Assembly: GCF_037042905.1 (NCBI RefSeq)
Contig: NC_087251.1
Coordinates: forward strand, 16,804,001 to 16,868,000
DNA length: 64,000 nt
Reading direction: 5' to 3'
Source: Lytechinus pictus
Taxonomy: Eukaryota
Shown piece after piece: positions 35,861 to 51,300 of the stretch (position 1 is the first letter of the stretch; each line of letters opens with the position of its first letter). A model generated the notes under the pieces. That model saw only the letters and a program-made list of their open reading frames with translations, made no database searches and was not told the origin of the DNA. The translations under genes were made by a program, and so were the position numbers.

Positions 35861-38093
35861 ATATCAGGTAAATTATTAATATATTTATCTAGGCAATTTC
35901 ACAGTTGTTTTTGTAATGGATATTTATGTAATATCAATACTGCTTTTCATGTATCGCTGCTTCTTAATCCATAATGATAATAATAATGACAACATTTGTA
36001 AAGTAACATATCAATCCCTTGGACACCCAAGGCGCATGCAAAATGAAAGTGAAATGTGGAATGAAAAAAATATTTTTGTAAAACATTGATAAAACTGATT
36101 GTTTTTTGTAAGACAATTTTGTTTGGTAAAATAAAATAAATTAATTTTTGTAAAACATCTTGAAAACTATGAATTCCAAAATATAAGCCACCATATTAGT
36201 GATATTAATTTTATAAATTGTTTTGTATATTTGCTTTCTAGGATTATGGAATCGACCAATCTTCTTGCGGCTGCTGAGAACTTCTAAATCTATGCCGGGA
36301 TAAACTTTTAAGTGTCCCATCGCACGGCTAATTACAATAACTATCCAGATGTATCTAGCTTCATAATGGACGTCTCAGCGCATTACAGATCTTTCATTAC
36401 CTTGGTCATTGGATTCTGATTTTTCTGCATATAATGTTTGTCCTCCATCTGCTCCTTGGGGAGTATTCCAGCAAGAGCATCCATTCTCAATGCATGGCAT
36501 ACAACATTGGCCATTGTATGGTACTGCATCATGTGAAGAATGACTCAAATTTTTTTGTTTTCTCCATTTTCCAAGATAAATAGAACCTCCTATTCTTGAC
36601 AACGATGCAATACATTACAAACTCACTAATTTAGTTATGCAGCACTTGCAAATTTTATCAGTTTTGCAGACTGAAATACCCTGGAAATAATTTTGAAATA
36701 TTAGATGATTGATTTGATAGAATCTGCAACCTATGCAGCCACCATTTCCCTTGTAACACAATACTGTTTTACTATATCTATAACCCATATATGTGTTGAT
36801 TTGTATAACCACAAATATGAAGCCTAGCATGTTGGGTCAATATTTTGACCAAATCATGTCACGTTTAATATTCAGAAATTTTAGGGAAAATATTCTGAAC
36901 TTTGAAGATCAAATTTTGGGAGGTCTGTATCATATGAGATTCTCTATTTTTGTGAGAGCATAAAGGTAAAAAGTTTTTGTTATGCTTACTTGTATTGCTT
37001 TGTGGACAAGCAAATCCAAGTTTCCAATTGAAGATCATATTATTAAAACATATTTGTTAAAAAAAACAAATAATAGATTTGTTTTATGCATTATGATTTA
37101 TAATACTTTTGAATTAGTATATCCTTGATTGTGCAGTTCAGTGAAATTCTCATAAATTTTACTGAAATGGTTCTAGTAAAACTATTTTTTCAGAATATAT
37201 TCCACATTTAATGAATCTGACGTAGATGAGTGATTAAATTTTAACCACATGATAAATTAAAGTCTGTCCCATCACTGTGTTTTACTCATCTCTCAGTTTT
37301 GAGTATGTGCTGATTGAAAGTATGTTGCATTGTACTACATATATCTTGGATGAAAGTTTGTTGACCTGTGAACTATCATACATTGTAAATCACACTAAAA
37401 TGGTTGAACATTACCCATTCCTGCTCCTGCTCCAGTTATGGGGGGATGGAAATAATCGTGAGTTTTTTTTTTTCATTCAAAATCTTCAGATGTCCCCAAG
37501 CACTGCTGAAATGATAAAAACAACCATTAGAAACAAAAACTTTAATTAACTTTTACTCAGGGTCCGGTAACACAAAGGTGAGCAATTGATCATATGTTTG
37601 ATTTTTATTATTGATTGCAACCGATCATAGAAATTTGTTTATGATCATGCTTATTGTTATAGATCTCAGAACTAAATATTACCATTAAAGCCTTTTTAAT
37701 TCCCTCAAAAGTGTTGGTCACCAGTAGTCTATCTTATGCATGTATATCTGGAATCTGGATTTGTATGTGTTAAAGCTGTTATGGCCTAAGAGAATATAAA
37801 AGACAGACCTCTTTTATAAGAAAAAAAAAGAGATTTTGCTTGATTTATTATTACATGAGAAATGCGAGAATCACAAACTGCAAAATAAAATCATGACTTT
37901 GATTGTAATATTAGGCATATGTTGAATTTGACTGACACACCATGAAAGCAAGGCTTGCAGATGAAAGATTAATGTTTTAAGATTTTGCAATTCATTTCAT
38001 GTTTAAATTAATTCTGTCTTCACATTTTCTGAGGTTAATGAACACTATACTTTACAGAAATACTGCCCTCTGAAGTATGTAATATCCAGTATA

Positions 38094-38525
38094 CCATCAT
38101 TTGCAAAAATTTAAGCCCACCTGAATTTTTTTGTATAACATGTATAATACATGTAACAATTGTAATAAACTAACAGTTTCATTAAAAACTGGCCTCATGT
38201 AATTTGTTGGTGTTAAATTATGTATTTGATAATTTTTTTTATTTGAGTGAAATTAGTTTTAAAATATTGTCCAATATCCTGACTAATCCTTTTGTTTTCA
38301 AATGTATTTTTAGTTCAAAATATTTTGAAATAAAAACATGAGTTAAGCTTTTTGATAGATTCTTTAAACTAATTTACCTTTAACCATTCATATCAAACTC
38401 AAAAACAACATCAATAAATAATATATAGGCCAGTTTTTGAATGAAACTATTACAGCATTTTGCAATTATACACTTGTGCTATGCACCCAAATTTTCAGGT
38501 GGTCTTAAACTTTTGCAAATGATGG
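38094..38525. mobile_element. Tc1/mariner-type MITE
   Basis: TIR CCATCATTTGCAAAA.TTTAAG.CCACCTGAA; TA flanks. Confidence 0.8.
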
Positions 38526-38876
38526 TATATTATCATGATACGAGCAGATAACTACATGTACAAATCCCCAGATATGATACGTGTTAAGTTTGAAGTTCTG
38601 TAAATTTTCCTTTAGTTCATCTTGTATTAAAGGCAGAAGTTAGTTAATATTTATTTGTTTTATTTCATTTATTTTGTGCTTATTGATTATATCTAGTTGT
38701 AAATGTAGATTTATATTTATGTAATTGGCATCTGTTAATCCAGGAAAGTAGAATGCTTTTCAAATTTGGACAAAATTACAATAAGATGAGAATAGTCATG
38801 TTTTTGTACATTTTTTCTTTTATTTTACGGGTGCTGAAGCCCTCCAGCTCCCTCAGTCCCGCCTTCCTGTTATTTG

Positions 38877-39259
38877 CAGGGGCGGATCCAGCTTTTTATA
38901 AAGGGGGGGGTTGGGGTGGTATGCGAGGGAGCGTAGCGACCGAGTCCAAGCGAGCGGAGCGAGCGAGGGGGGAGGGTGTGGGAGGGGGGTGTCCCCCCTC
39001 CCACAGTAGGGAAAATTTTTGAAAATCTGTGTGTGAAAATGGCGTTTTCTTGCATCTAAAACACCACTCTTTTTGGTATAGAGGTCGTTGCCAAATTAAC
39101 CCCCATGAAAATTTGTAAAATTAATGAAATAAATACATAGAAATAGAATAAAATAAAATTACAAGTTTAAAAAAAAAGATAAGATTTAAAAAAATGGTCC
39201 CCGGATTTTTTTTTGGGGGGGTTGCAACCCCCCCAACCCCCCCTCTAGATCCGCTTCTG
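38877..39259. mobile_element. GC-rich MITE (CAGGGGCGGATCC family)
   Basis: TIR CAG..GCGGATC; 5-bp duplication ATTTG. Confidence 0.7.
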
Positions 39260-39514
39260 ATTTGTGTGATTGTCACGTCCATATTGTCTATGTTTGTTAA
39301 TGAACACTAACTATAAGAGACAATGATGGATCATTTATTTCTTAATTTCTTCTGTACCTTGTTTATTTAGACTCATCCTATATCAAGAACATCATTACTA
39401 CAGTGCATGATCCCCATATATCTTAATGCCTTGGTGCATATGAATGTTGAGATAATAACTCTGTTCTGAGGATTCCTTTATCAATTAAGTGTAGCCAGCA
39501 TAGTCAGTGGAACA

Positions 39515-39902
39515 GGAAATTGCCAATTCGTCCACTGCCAACTCGTCCACTCGCCACATGGTCTACCTTCATTTAGTCTAATGCCATTCTGTCCTTTGAC
39601 ATTTTGTCAAACAACCATTTGGTCCAATAACCATTTGGTCCAATCATCATTTTGTCTAATCACCAGTTGGTCTAATATTCGTTTTATTTACATTAATTAA
39701 ACACAATTAACACTTAGTCTAATTAGACCAAATGGTATATGGACTGAATGGCTATTGGACCAACTGGTTATTAGACAAAATGGTGAGTGGATGAAATGGC
39801 AATTAGACCATGTGCATATTGGACAAACTGATAGGTAGATTAAATGATAGTAGACGAGTTGGCAATTGAACGAATTGACATTGGACCAAATGAAAATAAA
39901 CC
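39515..39902. mobile_element. MULE-like foldback MITE
   Basis: Exact 9-bp TSD AGTGGAACA; GG...CC ends; short TGGTCCAA/TTGGACCA repeats in mirrored halves. Confidence 0.8.
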
Positions 39903-42816
39903 AGTGGAACAACTGTTGGTTTTTAGGGTGAAGATTTTGGTAAATATATTGCAATATCATATTTTAGAGGTTATTTCAGTTTAACTTATTTTGCATGACA
40001 AGTTTTATAGAGCTTCAAATTTCATTTTTTTTCTTTTTTTTCTTCAACTTTTGTGGGGTACCCAATTGCTGAGATATATTCTATATTTCAAAGCACACTT
40101 TTTAGAAACTTATCACCACACATATACTACATGAGGAGGATTGTAGAATGTCTTGGTAACAGGCCTTGAATGTAGTCAGCAGTCATTACAGTATTGCTTG
40201 TTACACATGCCACTGAAGATTCTATCATACATTAATTTGACAGTATATCATTCGTCAAAATACTCATGTTTCGGAATTCTGTATATTGAATGTTACAGTT
40301 GGAGAATTCATGTGCATTATAAACTTTTTAAATGATAGAAAAAATATAGTGTTTCTGTGCTGTTATGTTTGGGGACATAAGATCTTGAGGGGAAGGTTTA
40401 GAGAGAAGGAATTGGAGGAAAAGAATTGTGGAGAGTAAAGTTGGAGATCTGAGAGAGGGAGAAGTGGAGAGGAGAGAAGAAATGAATATTGAGTAGCGAA
40501 ACAGAGGAAAGAAGAGAGTGCGACTGATAGGAGGGATCTACCAACAGATGAAGAGAAAGTCAAGAGAGCAGTTGGGTTTAACTTGGGTGTTTGCTTATTG
40601 CCGAACTTCTGTACCAGTTAATTCATGTTTTGTTTGAAACAAGATGCAGGCCTTATCAATCCAGGAATGTGATGTTTGTCCACATTCTTTGTGTTTTTAC
40701 ACTCTTTTTGGTTGAAATGTTGCGAACCTTTATTGTATCGTTCCCAGGGAATTTTAGGAATATAATTCAGGGTATATAAACTCAGGATTCTATTCTCAAG
40801 CGAAAGTAACGAGTATGAACTGAAGATATACGACCGTGAGAAGTGTTCTACCTTTGGTAAATTTTCTAGATGGCTCTGCAAATCTCTCAAAGATTAGCGT
40901 GGAAAGAATCTCAAATGACATGTATTTATCCTGACTTTTGATAACCAATGTAGATTTAGTAAGCTACACCTAGGCAAGTCACAGAGTAAAGTCCATATGA
41001 TCTATAATTTTTGGGTAAAATTTGCTCTATAAATATGTATACAGTGGATACAATATGTTTATTGATAAAAACATTATTGACTTTTTGTGGTTGCGGTCAG
41101 TGAGTCAATAGGTATGATACACCTTTCTTGTGTTGTACGAATTGTTTGATCAAGTACTGTACAGAAAAAGAAGCAAGACTGAAATTTGTCAATCTTTTAA
41201 CCAACTCATTAATCATGTTAAGTCTTCACCAATGTTAGACAGTATTTCTAATCAAGATTCTTCTTTACTCACGAATATCTTAAACACTTCTTTATTCCAC
41301 CTTTCAACACTTACTAGGTTGATCGAAAATCAATAAATGATATAAAAAGCCGTGTTTTTATCTTTGGAAAAAATTATGATAATTTTTAACATTTTTATTC
41401 TAAAAATTTAAACATGTTTAACACATTACTTACGCAGCACATGTTAATAATTGTAAATAACGAAAACTTTATGAACTAACACTTTGAGAAAACACGCCCA
41501 CATCAAAATTAGGTTATGAATGGTATGTTCATTTTAAAAGTTTAGGTGCTAATGAAATATATTTAAATAATCAGCGGATCTTTCTTATATAAATTTAGAA
41601 ACATTTCCAATAGCAAAATATTCAAGTGTTAACAAGAATGTAGCAGAAAACATGAAAAGGTATTATTAAAAGTGTTCGAAAGGTTACTATAGTAGGCCTA
41701 GACATTTTTTATGATTTTCTTGTCGCCTTTTATCGAACCTCTCACTCTCATTCTTTATTGAATCCTCTTATTTCTTTCTTTTTCTCTTTCCCCTTTCCAC
41801 TTCTCTTCATCTTATTTTTCTCCACTCATGTCTTTTCTTAATTTATTCATTTATAATTATAGTTTATATTGCTTACAGTTTACTCACTCTTCATCATTAG
41901 AATCATTCCCTTCTTATTTTTTTTCACTACAGAAACACATTCGTGGCCTCATTCTGCCTTTATCAGAATGCTTTAAAAATGTAGATAAAATCTTAATTAT
42001 CTTTTGTTTTAATCGCATGTAGAAATAAATTGCAAACTCGCAAATGGACCGCATCTTGTAATGTATTTCCTTCTAGATTCGTTTGATTAGTATTATAACT
42101 TGGAGGCATACAATCTTAATGACAAAACACCTGCCAACCGTGAAAGGCCGATCAAATTTTTGATACAAGTTCAAACTAATGGATGTTTTGTTTTTCAAGG
42201 CTATGAATGTAGCACGCTTAAATATTTGTATAAAGATCAAGGGACTATATCTCATTCTTCCCCTCAAATTCCGGAGTCTTATTAAAGATGTCCATCCCGT
42301 AAATTGGAAAATTGCCGATGGAAGAATAGTAGATTAAGTAAGACATCGGCTCGGCCTTCAGGCCACAGTGACGGGTGGATGATGGCATAGAGCCCGGAGA
42401 GCTCTGCGACGGAGACGGTCGTAATGTGTGTTTCGTAGAGGCTGTGATCGTAGAGATAAGTCAACTAAAGTGCATATTGGAGATTGGTGGGAAAAGCTGA
42501 GATGGTTGGCTGGCTTGAATAGATAAGAAGAAAAAGTGGAAATAATATTTGACAGGTGATGAAGCAAATAATATATGCAGAGTCTATTAAAAGGATCATA
42601 AATGGGTAATCAAATCTACTATTTTAGAATAGCATAACCATAACAGGCATATAGGCCTGTATAAAAGTCTCATGTATAGGCGGAGAAGGTCCATATTTGA
42701 TTAAAATGTGGGGGCCTATTTTAAATTGAAAAGAGGAATTATAAATAATTCAATGAATATTCACAATATTTTTTTTATATTTTGTATTACATTGTGTTGC
42801 TACATCTGTTATTCAA

Positions 42817-43621
42817 AGGTCAAGTCCACCCCAGAAATTGGTTGTTTGAATCGATAGGGAAAATCCAACAAACACAATGCTGCAAATTTCATCGAAATCG
42901 GACTGTAAAATAAGAAAGTTATGACATTTTTAAATTTCGCTTATTTTTCACAAAACAGTTAAAGGCCAAACACAGCGATATGCAAATGGAAGAGTCGATG
43001 ATGTCCTTCACTCACTATTCCTTTTGTTTTTGTTGTTTGAATTGAACAATATTTCAATCTTCACAGATTTGACAATAAGGACCAACTTGACTCAACCATA
43101 AGTCTTGAAATATTGGTAACTCCACATGTTCAAGGAGGAATAAAATTTTGTTTCACATGACAATAAGGAGAAAATTCGAATATTTCATATAATAAAATAC
43201 AAAAGAAATAGTGAGTGGGTGATGTCATCAGTCTGACAATTAGCATACCGACAAGCACTGGCGGATCCAGGAGGGGGTTGGGGGCACAGCCGGCCCGTGC
43301 GCCCCCCCCCCCCTTTGAGAGGTACAATTAAAATTTGTAATGTAAAAATGCCGTTGAAACAGAAATTGCCTCCCCCCTTTGAAAGCGAAGACCTTTTTTT
43401 CTTTTGCTTGTCAAATATTTCCTCGGAAAAATGTGCCCCCCCCCCCCCTTTCGAAAAATCCTGGAACCTCCCCTGCCGACAAGGATGTGAATATAACTGT
43501 TTTGTGAAATTAAGCGAAACTTCTTATTTTACATCCGATTTTGATGAAATTTTCAGGTGTTTTGCTTGTTGGATTTTTCTCCTTTTATTCAAATTAACTC
43601 TTTGGGAGGTGGACTTGTCCT
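42817..43621. mobile_element. Kolobok-like MITE with nested insertion
   Basis: TIR AGG(T/A)CAAGTCCACC; flanks TCAA / TTAA. Confidence 0.7.
43256..43475. mobile_element. Nested MITE with 8-bp TSD (hAT-like)
   Basis: Exact TSD CCGACAAG; imperfect TIR CA..GG.GG.TCCAGGA. Confidence 0.75.
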
Positions 43622-44769
43622 TTAACAGCTGCAAAAAAATGTTGTCCCACAGTGTGTTCACAGTGGAGTATGAAAAGATGTGATCAAAAGGCCCAAATTT
43701 AATCAGTGAAAATAATATACCTTCAGTGTAAGTGTTCATAATGTCCGGCGTGTTCATAGTGGACTGTGATTAAGCGATTCACACTGTTAAACTTGTTCAA
43801 ATTCATTGACGTAATGAGCCCGAAATTGTGAGGGGGCAAAACATAGTACGCGCGGGCTGAATATCATGAAAGTCCAGAGCGAGCGAAGCGAGCAAGAAAC
43901 ACTTATAGCCTATACCTTTTCAAAATGTTCATCTATTTTTTAAAATAGATTTTGACATGACTATAAGAAAATAGCTTATCTTACTCTTTTCCTTTCTTGT
44001 TCTTTCCTGTTTCTTTTGTTTTTATGATTTTTTTTCAATAGTTCAATAGTTTCTTTTTTTAATTCTTGGTCTTGAAGTTTTTTAGGGGGAGGGGGTGGAT
44101 GGCCCATGAGCCCCCTCCCAATATGTACACCAATGCTCAAATTCAACAGTGTATATAAATATGATATCAAACAATGTGAAGATGAATTGCGTTAAAAAAA
44201 AAACACTGCTCTTTCCAGCAGGTTTTTTTTTTTAAATAAAAAAAGACTTGCTCGAATCGAAATCGGATAAAAAATTATCGATAGAAAACCAGGAAAGAGT
44301 AAATATTAAAAATAAGAAAGGTGATGTATAAAATTCCATAGTATATACATTGGATAGTTGACCAATCTGACGAGTGATACGATAACAATGCATATTGAAC
44401 CCGTTATGCAGAAGTAAACCTCAAAGGTTGTTTCACTCGTGTCGAAGAGGGATGTATGATTAATTTGATGGGACCATTACAAACAGCTACATCGAATTGC
44501 CCAGATTGCGTGTTTATTTTATAGATCAGAGGAACGCTTCGCAAAAATGAAATTATAAAATCGTCGCTCAGTAACGTATCTTCCATCTCGAAGAGATGGT
44601 TCTTCAAAAATAGTCATGATAGAACTATACTTCCAAATTTAGCTTCATGGACCGTGGAAGCATTCTGATGTCAAAGCAGTAGACAAGATGCGGTAATCAA
44701 TATATGGACTCGTAATTTTGATTTTCGATGATATGATAAAGAAACTATCGCCATGTTGATTAAGAATTC

Positions 44770-45310
44770 CTGAGAGAAGAAGAGAGAGAAAGGAAGAGAG
44801 AGAGAATGATATAATAGAATGGGAGGAGAAGGGAGAAAGTGGTTAAGGGAGAAAACAAAGGAAATTGTAATGAGGAAAGAATTGGGAGAGAAAAAAGGGA
44901 AGCGGAAACGAATGAAGCAGGAAAGAGTCAGAAAAATTTAGTTATATATATATATATATATATATATAAAGAGAGAGAGAGTAAAAAGAGAGAATGGAAA
45001 ACGAGAGATGATGAGCGTGAGAGAAATGGGGAGAAGAAAAAAAAGTCATGAAGGAGGGAGATGCAGAAAAAAGGGGATAACCGAGGAAAGGAAGGAGGAG
45101 AGAGTGAGTGAGAGAGAGAATGTGTAAGAGAAGATGGAGAGTGAGAATATGAATTATGAGAGAGAAGAGGGGGAGAGAGTGTGGTATATGAAAAGAAGAA
45201 CATGAAGAAGGGACGTGGAAACCAACAGAAAATAAAAATAAGGGATGGGGGAGAGAAAGAATGTGAGAGGATGAGGGATGTGTGTACATGTGTGTGTGTG
45301 TGTGTTTGAT
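44770..45310. repeat. Purine-rich low-complexity tract with (TA)n and (TG)n
   Basis: GA-rich + strand. Confidence 0.8.
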
Positions 45311-48300
45311 GAATAAAGAGAACAAAAATAGAGGAAAGATCTCCTGGCGAGTAATTTTATCAATGAGCAATTTTCTAAGCATTGTGCGGGCAAGAGATCT
45401 AACACGGTATTGTGAAGTAAATATCGCGATGCGCTCCATGCATGCTCGACCAATATCAACAATAATTATTTGCAAAGAAGACAGCGAAGGGAAGTCATGT
45501 GATGTAAATCCGAGGCTATAGGGTAACGTAAGGAAACGATAAAGATGCTCGAAAGTGTCGCCGGGGAAAGTCAAATAGAAAATTTGTCGGTATATTGTAG
45601 AATGATTGAATTTGGGATTTGTAAAGCTAATTCCCCTTCCTGCCATCGACCAAGCATGTCAGCAAACATCTAGCTTTGATATTTGATGTGGAGGGCACAG
45701 AATTCCAATTTTCTATGTTTCTTCTTTATCTTAAAGTTTATATACAAAGCCATTAAAAGAAAAGGTTTTGAATTTCATGTTCAAAGCAACATTATTGTGT
45801 TCGAACAATAAAACCATTTTCTTTAAAGCAATGAAATATGCCTTTAAAAACTCGTTAAAGAAAATTAATTTCAAGTGGGCAATCTTCAAAATAATTCAAA
45901 ATTATGCTTAAAACTAATTGAGAGGAATAAAAATGTCAAATGATGGTAGAAGTGGGGAAAGACTAAGGACGAGAAGGAAATGCAATAGAGATAGTATTTT
46001 TATTTCTAGTAATCAATTCAGGGTGGATCGAAAATACACATGCGGCATACGCTTCATTACCCTCAAAGAGAAGTTGATTAAATCACATTTTGATTTACGA
46101 AAGTTGGATTTATGAATGTTATTTTTACTTTAATAGTCTCTTATTCAGTTCAAGATTATCTTTTGATGATGTCTTACACGCAGTGTTGTATTTATGGTGA
46201 AATATCTTAGAAAGGCCTTTGCATTTTATGTGTAGGCCTATCATAACGATCACATCTCAAATGCCTTTAAGAAATTAATGTCTTTATTCGTAATGTTACT
46301 TTCTCTTTAACCCGTCCAATGGTATGTGCTTCATACCTGTTCTTATGTAAGTGAAACTGGCTATGAATCTGACAGATCGAGCAGGAGTATTGTCACCTGA
46401 TTACACGGCTATTATGAGTGGAGATGTTGATGATGAGGATGATGATGATGGTGAGATGGGTTGGTAGACCGATGCTAAGTGATGTGAGGAGGTCTTGAAA
46501 TAGAGAGGTTTTTACACCGACGACGCCCATAGTGAGTATTGAATAGACAAGGGTGCCTCGAGCGAGCGGCGGCGGAACAATGGATCAATTATTGGAATTT
46601 GATTTGGAGAAGTTGGTTCGGTGTATAACAAGCTGTGCAGCTAAGAGGTGAAGAATGGGAAGAAGATGGAAGAAAAGATTGAATTGATAAATGAAAAGAA
46701 ACTGTTTCTACAATGGACGTGGTTTACATGACATATCACCGTCTGAGGGTATGGCGAGAGATAGTTCAGTCCATGAGGGTGATACTACAGAGACTGCGAG
46801 ATTGACGATACTGTCGCTATGGGAATCTATTACATTTGGCTCCGGTGGCAATAATTGCTCCTGCGGAAAATCGTCACCTTAAGCCAAACATAATTTTTAC
46901 AGTAAATCACACCCTCAAACCCAACCTTAACCACTAATCCTCACAAGCATTCTGAACCCCAAACCCTATCACATGCCCGAACATTGCAGGCCTACCCTTT
47001 TTATTCAGAGAAATGAGAAAAGTAGCAAAAACAAAATAGTGTTTCCATGTTGGGTCACTTGTTAAAACGGTTAAGGTGGTTATGGTTTGTTGCAAGGTGA
47101 CATTCCTTTGGCAACCCCCCCCCCGCCCTATATATTATATTTGCCACTCTTCATCCAGGTGATTTGGTGTGGACCGGCAAGGAGACATTCATAATGCAGC
47201 GAGCCTGCGAGCAAGGTAGTCGAGTCAAGCCGAGGTCTCGGAGCATTTTCTTTACTTTACTTTGTAGGTCCATGCTTGCAAGACCATGGATCTAATAAGT
47301 CCATGGTATCACTATGCCTGTTCATCGGTCCAAGGGAATAAACTGTATATGCAATATCAATTTCAGTATTGCATGTGACAAGACAGAAAATTTATTACTC
47401 AAAGTCATATACAAAAGCAATATCCTTCCAGTGATTATCAAGCCGACTATTGAAAGAACAGAAAATGTGATTTCAGCACCTTAAAACGTGCTGAAATCAC
47501 ATTTTCTGGTAGACTGTTCCAAGAACTAATTACTCGATTAAAAAAAGAAGAACTTCCTTACATCAAGCCTTACATAATGCTTCTCATGTTTCGGTGAATG
47601 GCCTCTACTCCTCCCTCCCTAACTGCGTACAAGCAGATCTATGCTAGAGTCATACCATGTATAAACTTAATCTTTACCCATAATGATATTCAAATGACTG
47701 CGTACGACCAACTTTCAGAACAGTACTTGTCTAACAGTGACAGATCATCTTGAAGTTGCTGACAAGTCAAGACCCGGTTAAATCTGAGCGGGCATAACGC
47801 TTTGTATCATCTGCAAAAGCTCAATATTTGATCGCAATGTATTGTGAAGATCATTTATGGCAAGAACTTTTTATGCCAAGAACAGACAGGGACCGAGCAC
47901 ACTACCCTGAGCAATGCCACTGGAGACTTCATACCAGTTTGACTCCTGACCATTGACATAAACACGTTGTCTTCGCCCAAGAAGGAAGGCCTCACGCTTG
48001 GAAAACTTATTGATTGATGATATACGATATGAATTATGAAATATATCCTCACTATGGCGATCAGTTACATAAAAACGAGGGGCTGAGGGGCAAAATTTAT
48101 AAAGACTCGCGAGCGGGCAAAAATGTTGACCTTTTTAAACGAAAATCTAGATTTTGACATGATTAATTTCAGAAGTTAAAAAGCATTTCCCTTACATTTT
48201 CTTTATTTTGCTTCTTTTTTCTACTTTTTTTTCTTGGTGGTGAAACTTGGAAAGGTGGTGGTCGAGTGCCCCCAAGCTACATGCCATCGATGATAGTTAT

Positions 48301-51300
48301 GACATGAAAGCGATGATGACGAAGATGATTGTGATGGTGGTCCAATGACTCCAATCTTTAAAAAAAAGTGGTATCAACCTCACTTCGAAACATTTCTAAT
48401 ACTGTCAAGTTCGTTAACTCATAACTAGATTTTTATGTATTCAGGAGAAAACTAAAACTATCCTTTGAGATATTTCATACGTCTTTTTATCAGCGACGTG
48501 GAACAAAAACTCGTTCATATTCATAACTGGTAGTTTATTCTATAGTTTATCTGCCACCGTTTTTATCTTTTAATCGTTTAAACGATGGTGGTAGAGATAT
48601 TGAATGTGGATGATGATGATGATCATGAAATACGATACCAATACTGACGAGGTGGACAATGAAGGCAATGGTGATGATGGTAATTTGATATCATTTTCAA
48701 TCCTAATCTATTTCACTTCTTTTCTCAAAAAGTTTATTGTGGTTAGGTTATATTGCTATATTTTACTAATTTACACACGTTGTTTACATTAAATTCTTGA
48801 TAATCACCGCCACACATTTCTACTGGCACATCATCGCTTTATATTATGTTATTGTAGTTTAAAAATCTAATTATTTTCTACTGATATCGATGTAAGGGCA
48901 CTTTAACAAACTATTCACAAATTGGACTAAACATAACATATCTAACATAAAGATTTCTTCAATGCTGAAACAATTTTAACAATGGTCGGAAATTTCCTTG
49001 TATAATAAGGTTTTGGCACTTCAAGATCACTTATCGAACATGAATCGAAAATTATAATAAGGTAACAGCTATGTGTATAAACGATTAACAAAACATCACT
49101 TGTAATGCTAAAGGGGTTAAAGCTATCATATGGATATTATTGAGATGCTAACTTCTCTTCGGCTGTGTTGATGGTCTCTCTTGTGCATGTCCTATTGTAA
49201 TAGTAACAGTGATCAGTGGTAGCATGTTTCCTATCTCATTGTTATCGCTTCCTCACCAGAGAGATCTCCATAACCCATGTGCTGCTGCATTGATCTTCTT
49301 CTATTTTTCCCGCGATGTAATTCATCCACATGGTTGAGTTTTGAATGCCATATCGTCTGAGGCGTATTTTCTCCCTCAGCGCGCGCTCTCCAATCTATAA
49401 TATCCCCCGAATAAAACCGATACTTTACACCTCATTTAGCACCAAAGAACATGCAACGCGTCACGCGGAGACCATTCTTCAGTCTCCTCCTCCTACGCCT
49501 TCTCGAACACCGCTCATCTTGGTATACCAAGTCATTGTCAATAGCGTCGGTAATTGCAGTCCTAAACACCAACATAATTTGTTAAGATGTCAAAGCCATT
49601 TCTCCCGTCATTTTGGGGACAATCGATGTGAGGTTATGTATAGCTGAGATAGAGTAGACCCATCGGTCATTAGAGATCGCCCAATATAATTAAGACACTT
49701 CTCGAGCCAAGAGGGGAATTTTATCTTCAATTGTAATAGTCACGCACAAGATTCACCCCTCACTGCTCAGAATTTATTTCCTTATCTCGGAAAATTTACA
49801 AAGATCAATCAATGCGTTAATACGCACACACGCTGAAAAAAAAACTATAGCGCATCATGCATCTTTTTCAAATTGCATTTTTACTTAAATAGAGATAGAA
49901 TCAAAAGAAAAATATTCCGCATTGCTATATGCTTCTCGTTTACCCATAATTTTATGATTTCTTTTCGCTTGGCGGGACAAATTGTTATCAAAACTGACAG
50001 AAATTCAACGAGTTTTCTCATTTGATAATCTTGTAAAGCGCTTATGCCTGGTTGCATAGCCAGTGAGTGGATGATGCTATTAGTAAAATACACCAAGCTC
50101 TTCGATACCAAGATGATACAGAAGAGAGGGCACCTGTGAGTGTGCCGACTCATACACACTGCCAATTGTTTCAAATTCCACGTCATTTCGGTACTTCTCG
50201 CCTGTGAGGGGGGAAGAAATAATAACTCGCAAATTTGATTTATTTGCATGCTAAATTTACTAAAGAAAGGATATCATTATTTGCTGCGTGACAAGGGAAA
50301 TACCATCTTTGTGGCGGTGCAGGCTGCACCACCCCGTGCAGCACAGTAGGCATAGGAAAAGATCTTAAATTATGATTATTACTAAAAAAAATAATTTAAG
50401 AACATGTTTAATATATAACAAAAGATGAAACTATACAATTAAGAAAATAGTGATACTTGTAAAAGCAAACGTTACTTATCGCTGCAAAATCCCTTATCCC
50501 TTATTGTCGTATTTAAAGATAAATGAAGGTAGCTGCAGTTAACACTAATTTCATGAGAATATCATTAAACGTAAAACCAAGGTAAATTGTCACTATTTCA
50601 TCGTAGATTTAGATCTGGTAGAGTTACATTAATCGGACTTATGAAATCAAAGAAAAAATAAGCTTAAAAATAATCGCACTGGAGATCATCAACACAGATA
50701 AGCACATTGCTTGAAAAAGACCCAACATCGTGCTCAAATTTTATGCTTGCTTTACTATTTCTCAGCAATTACACAATAATTTTCTCCCAAAATCCGTTGG
50801 TAGACTTTTTTTTTAAATTTATCCGTGCAGACACTTCGGTGGTCATTTCATTGAATTCTGTGAACTCATCGTTACCACAACTTGTATAACACAAAACGTG
50901 GATGTAAATTCATAGCAATTTTAGTTAAAACGATTAGATGTAAGGGCCAAGTTTTTAATGTGATGATTGTTGTTGTGCAATTAAGAGTTAGACCCCGATG
51001 GATGCATGGTATTTCAAGTACAGTACATTTTTAACCCCTTTTACCCCTGTTTTATACAAAAAATGAAAACATCTCCGATTTGCGAAATTGAATACACCTT
51101 TACTATTAAAGTAAATAAATAAATGAAAATCGAGTATACCAGCTCATGCACCTCAATTCAAAATGTTCGCTGACATGGTATATAATTATGTCCTATCATT
51201 CTAATACCATCTTTCTCTTTTCTTTCGCTTCCTCATCTACTCCACCTCAGACACTCGACAGGGAATACCTGTAATTGAGTAAAGTTTATGTATTCTTTAT

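Noticed and set aside
42282..42567. GC-rich minus-strand ORFs / possible exon
   Set aside because: No recognisable protein motif and no partner exons identified.
44839..45646. 234-aa and overlapping ORFs
   Set aside because: Arise from a low-complexity purine tract; no domain signal.
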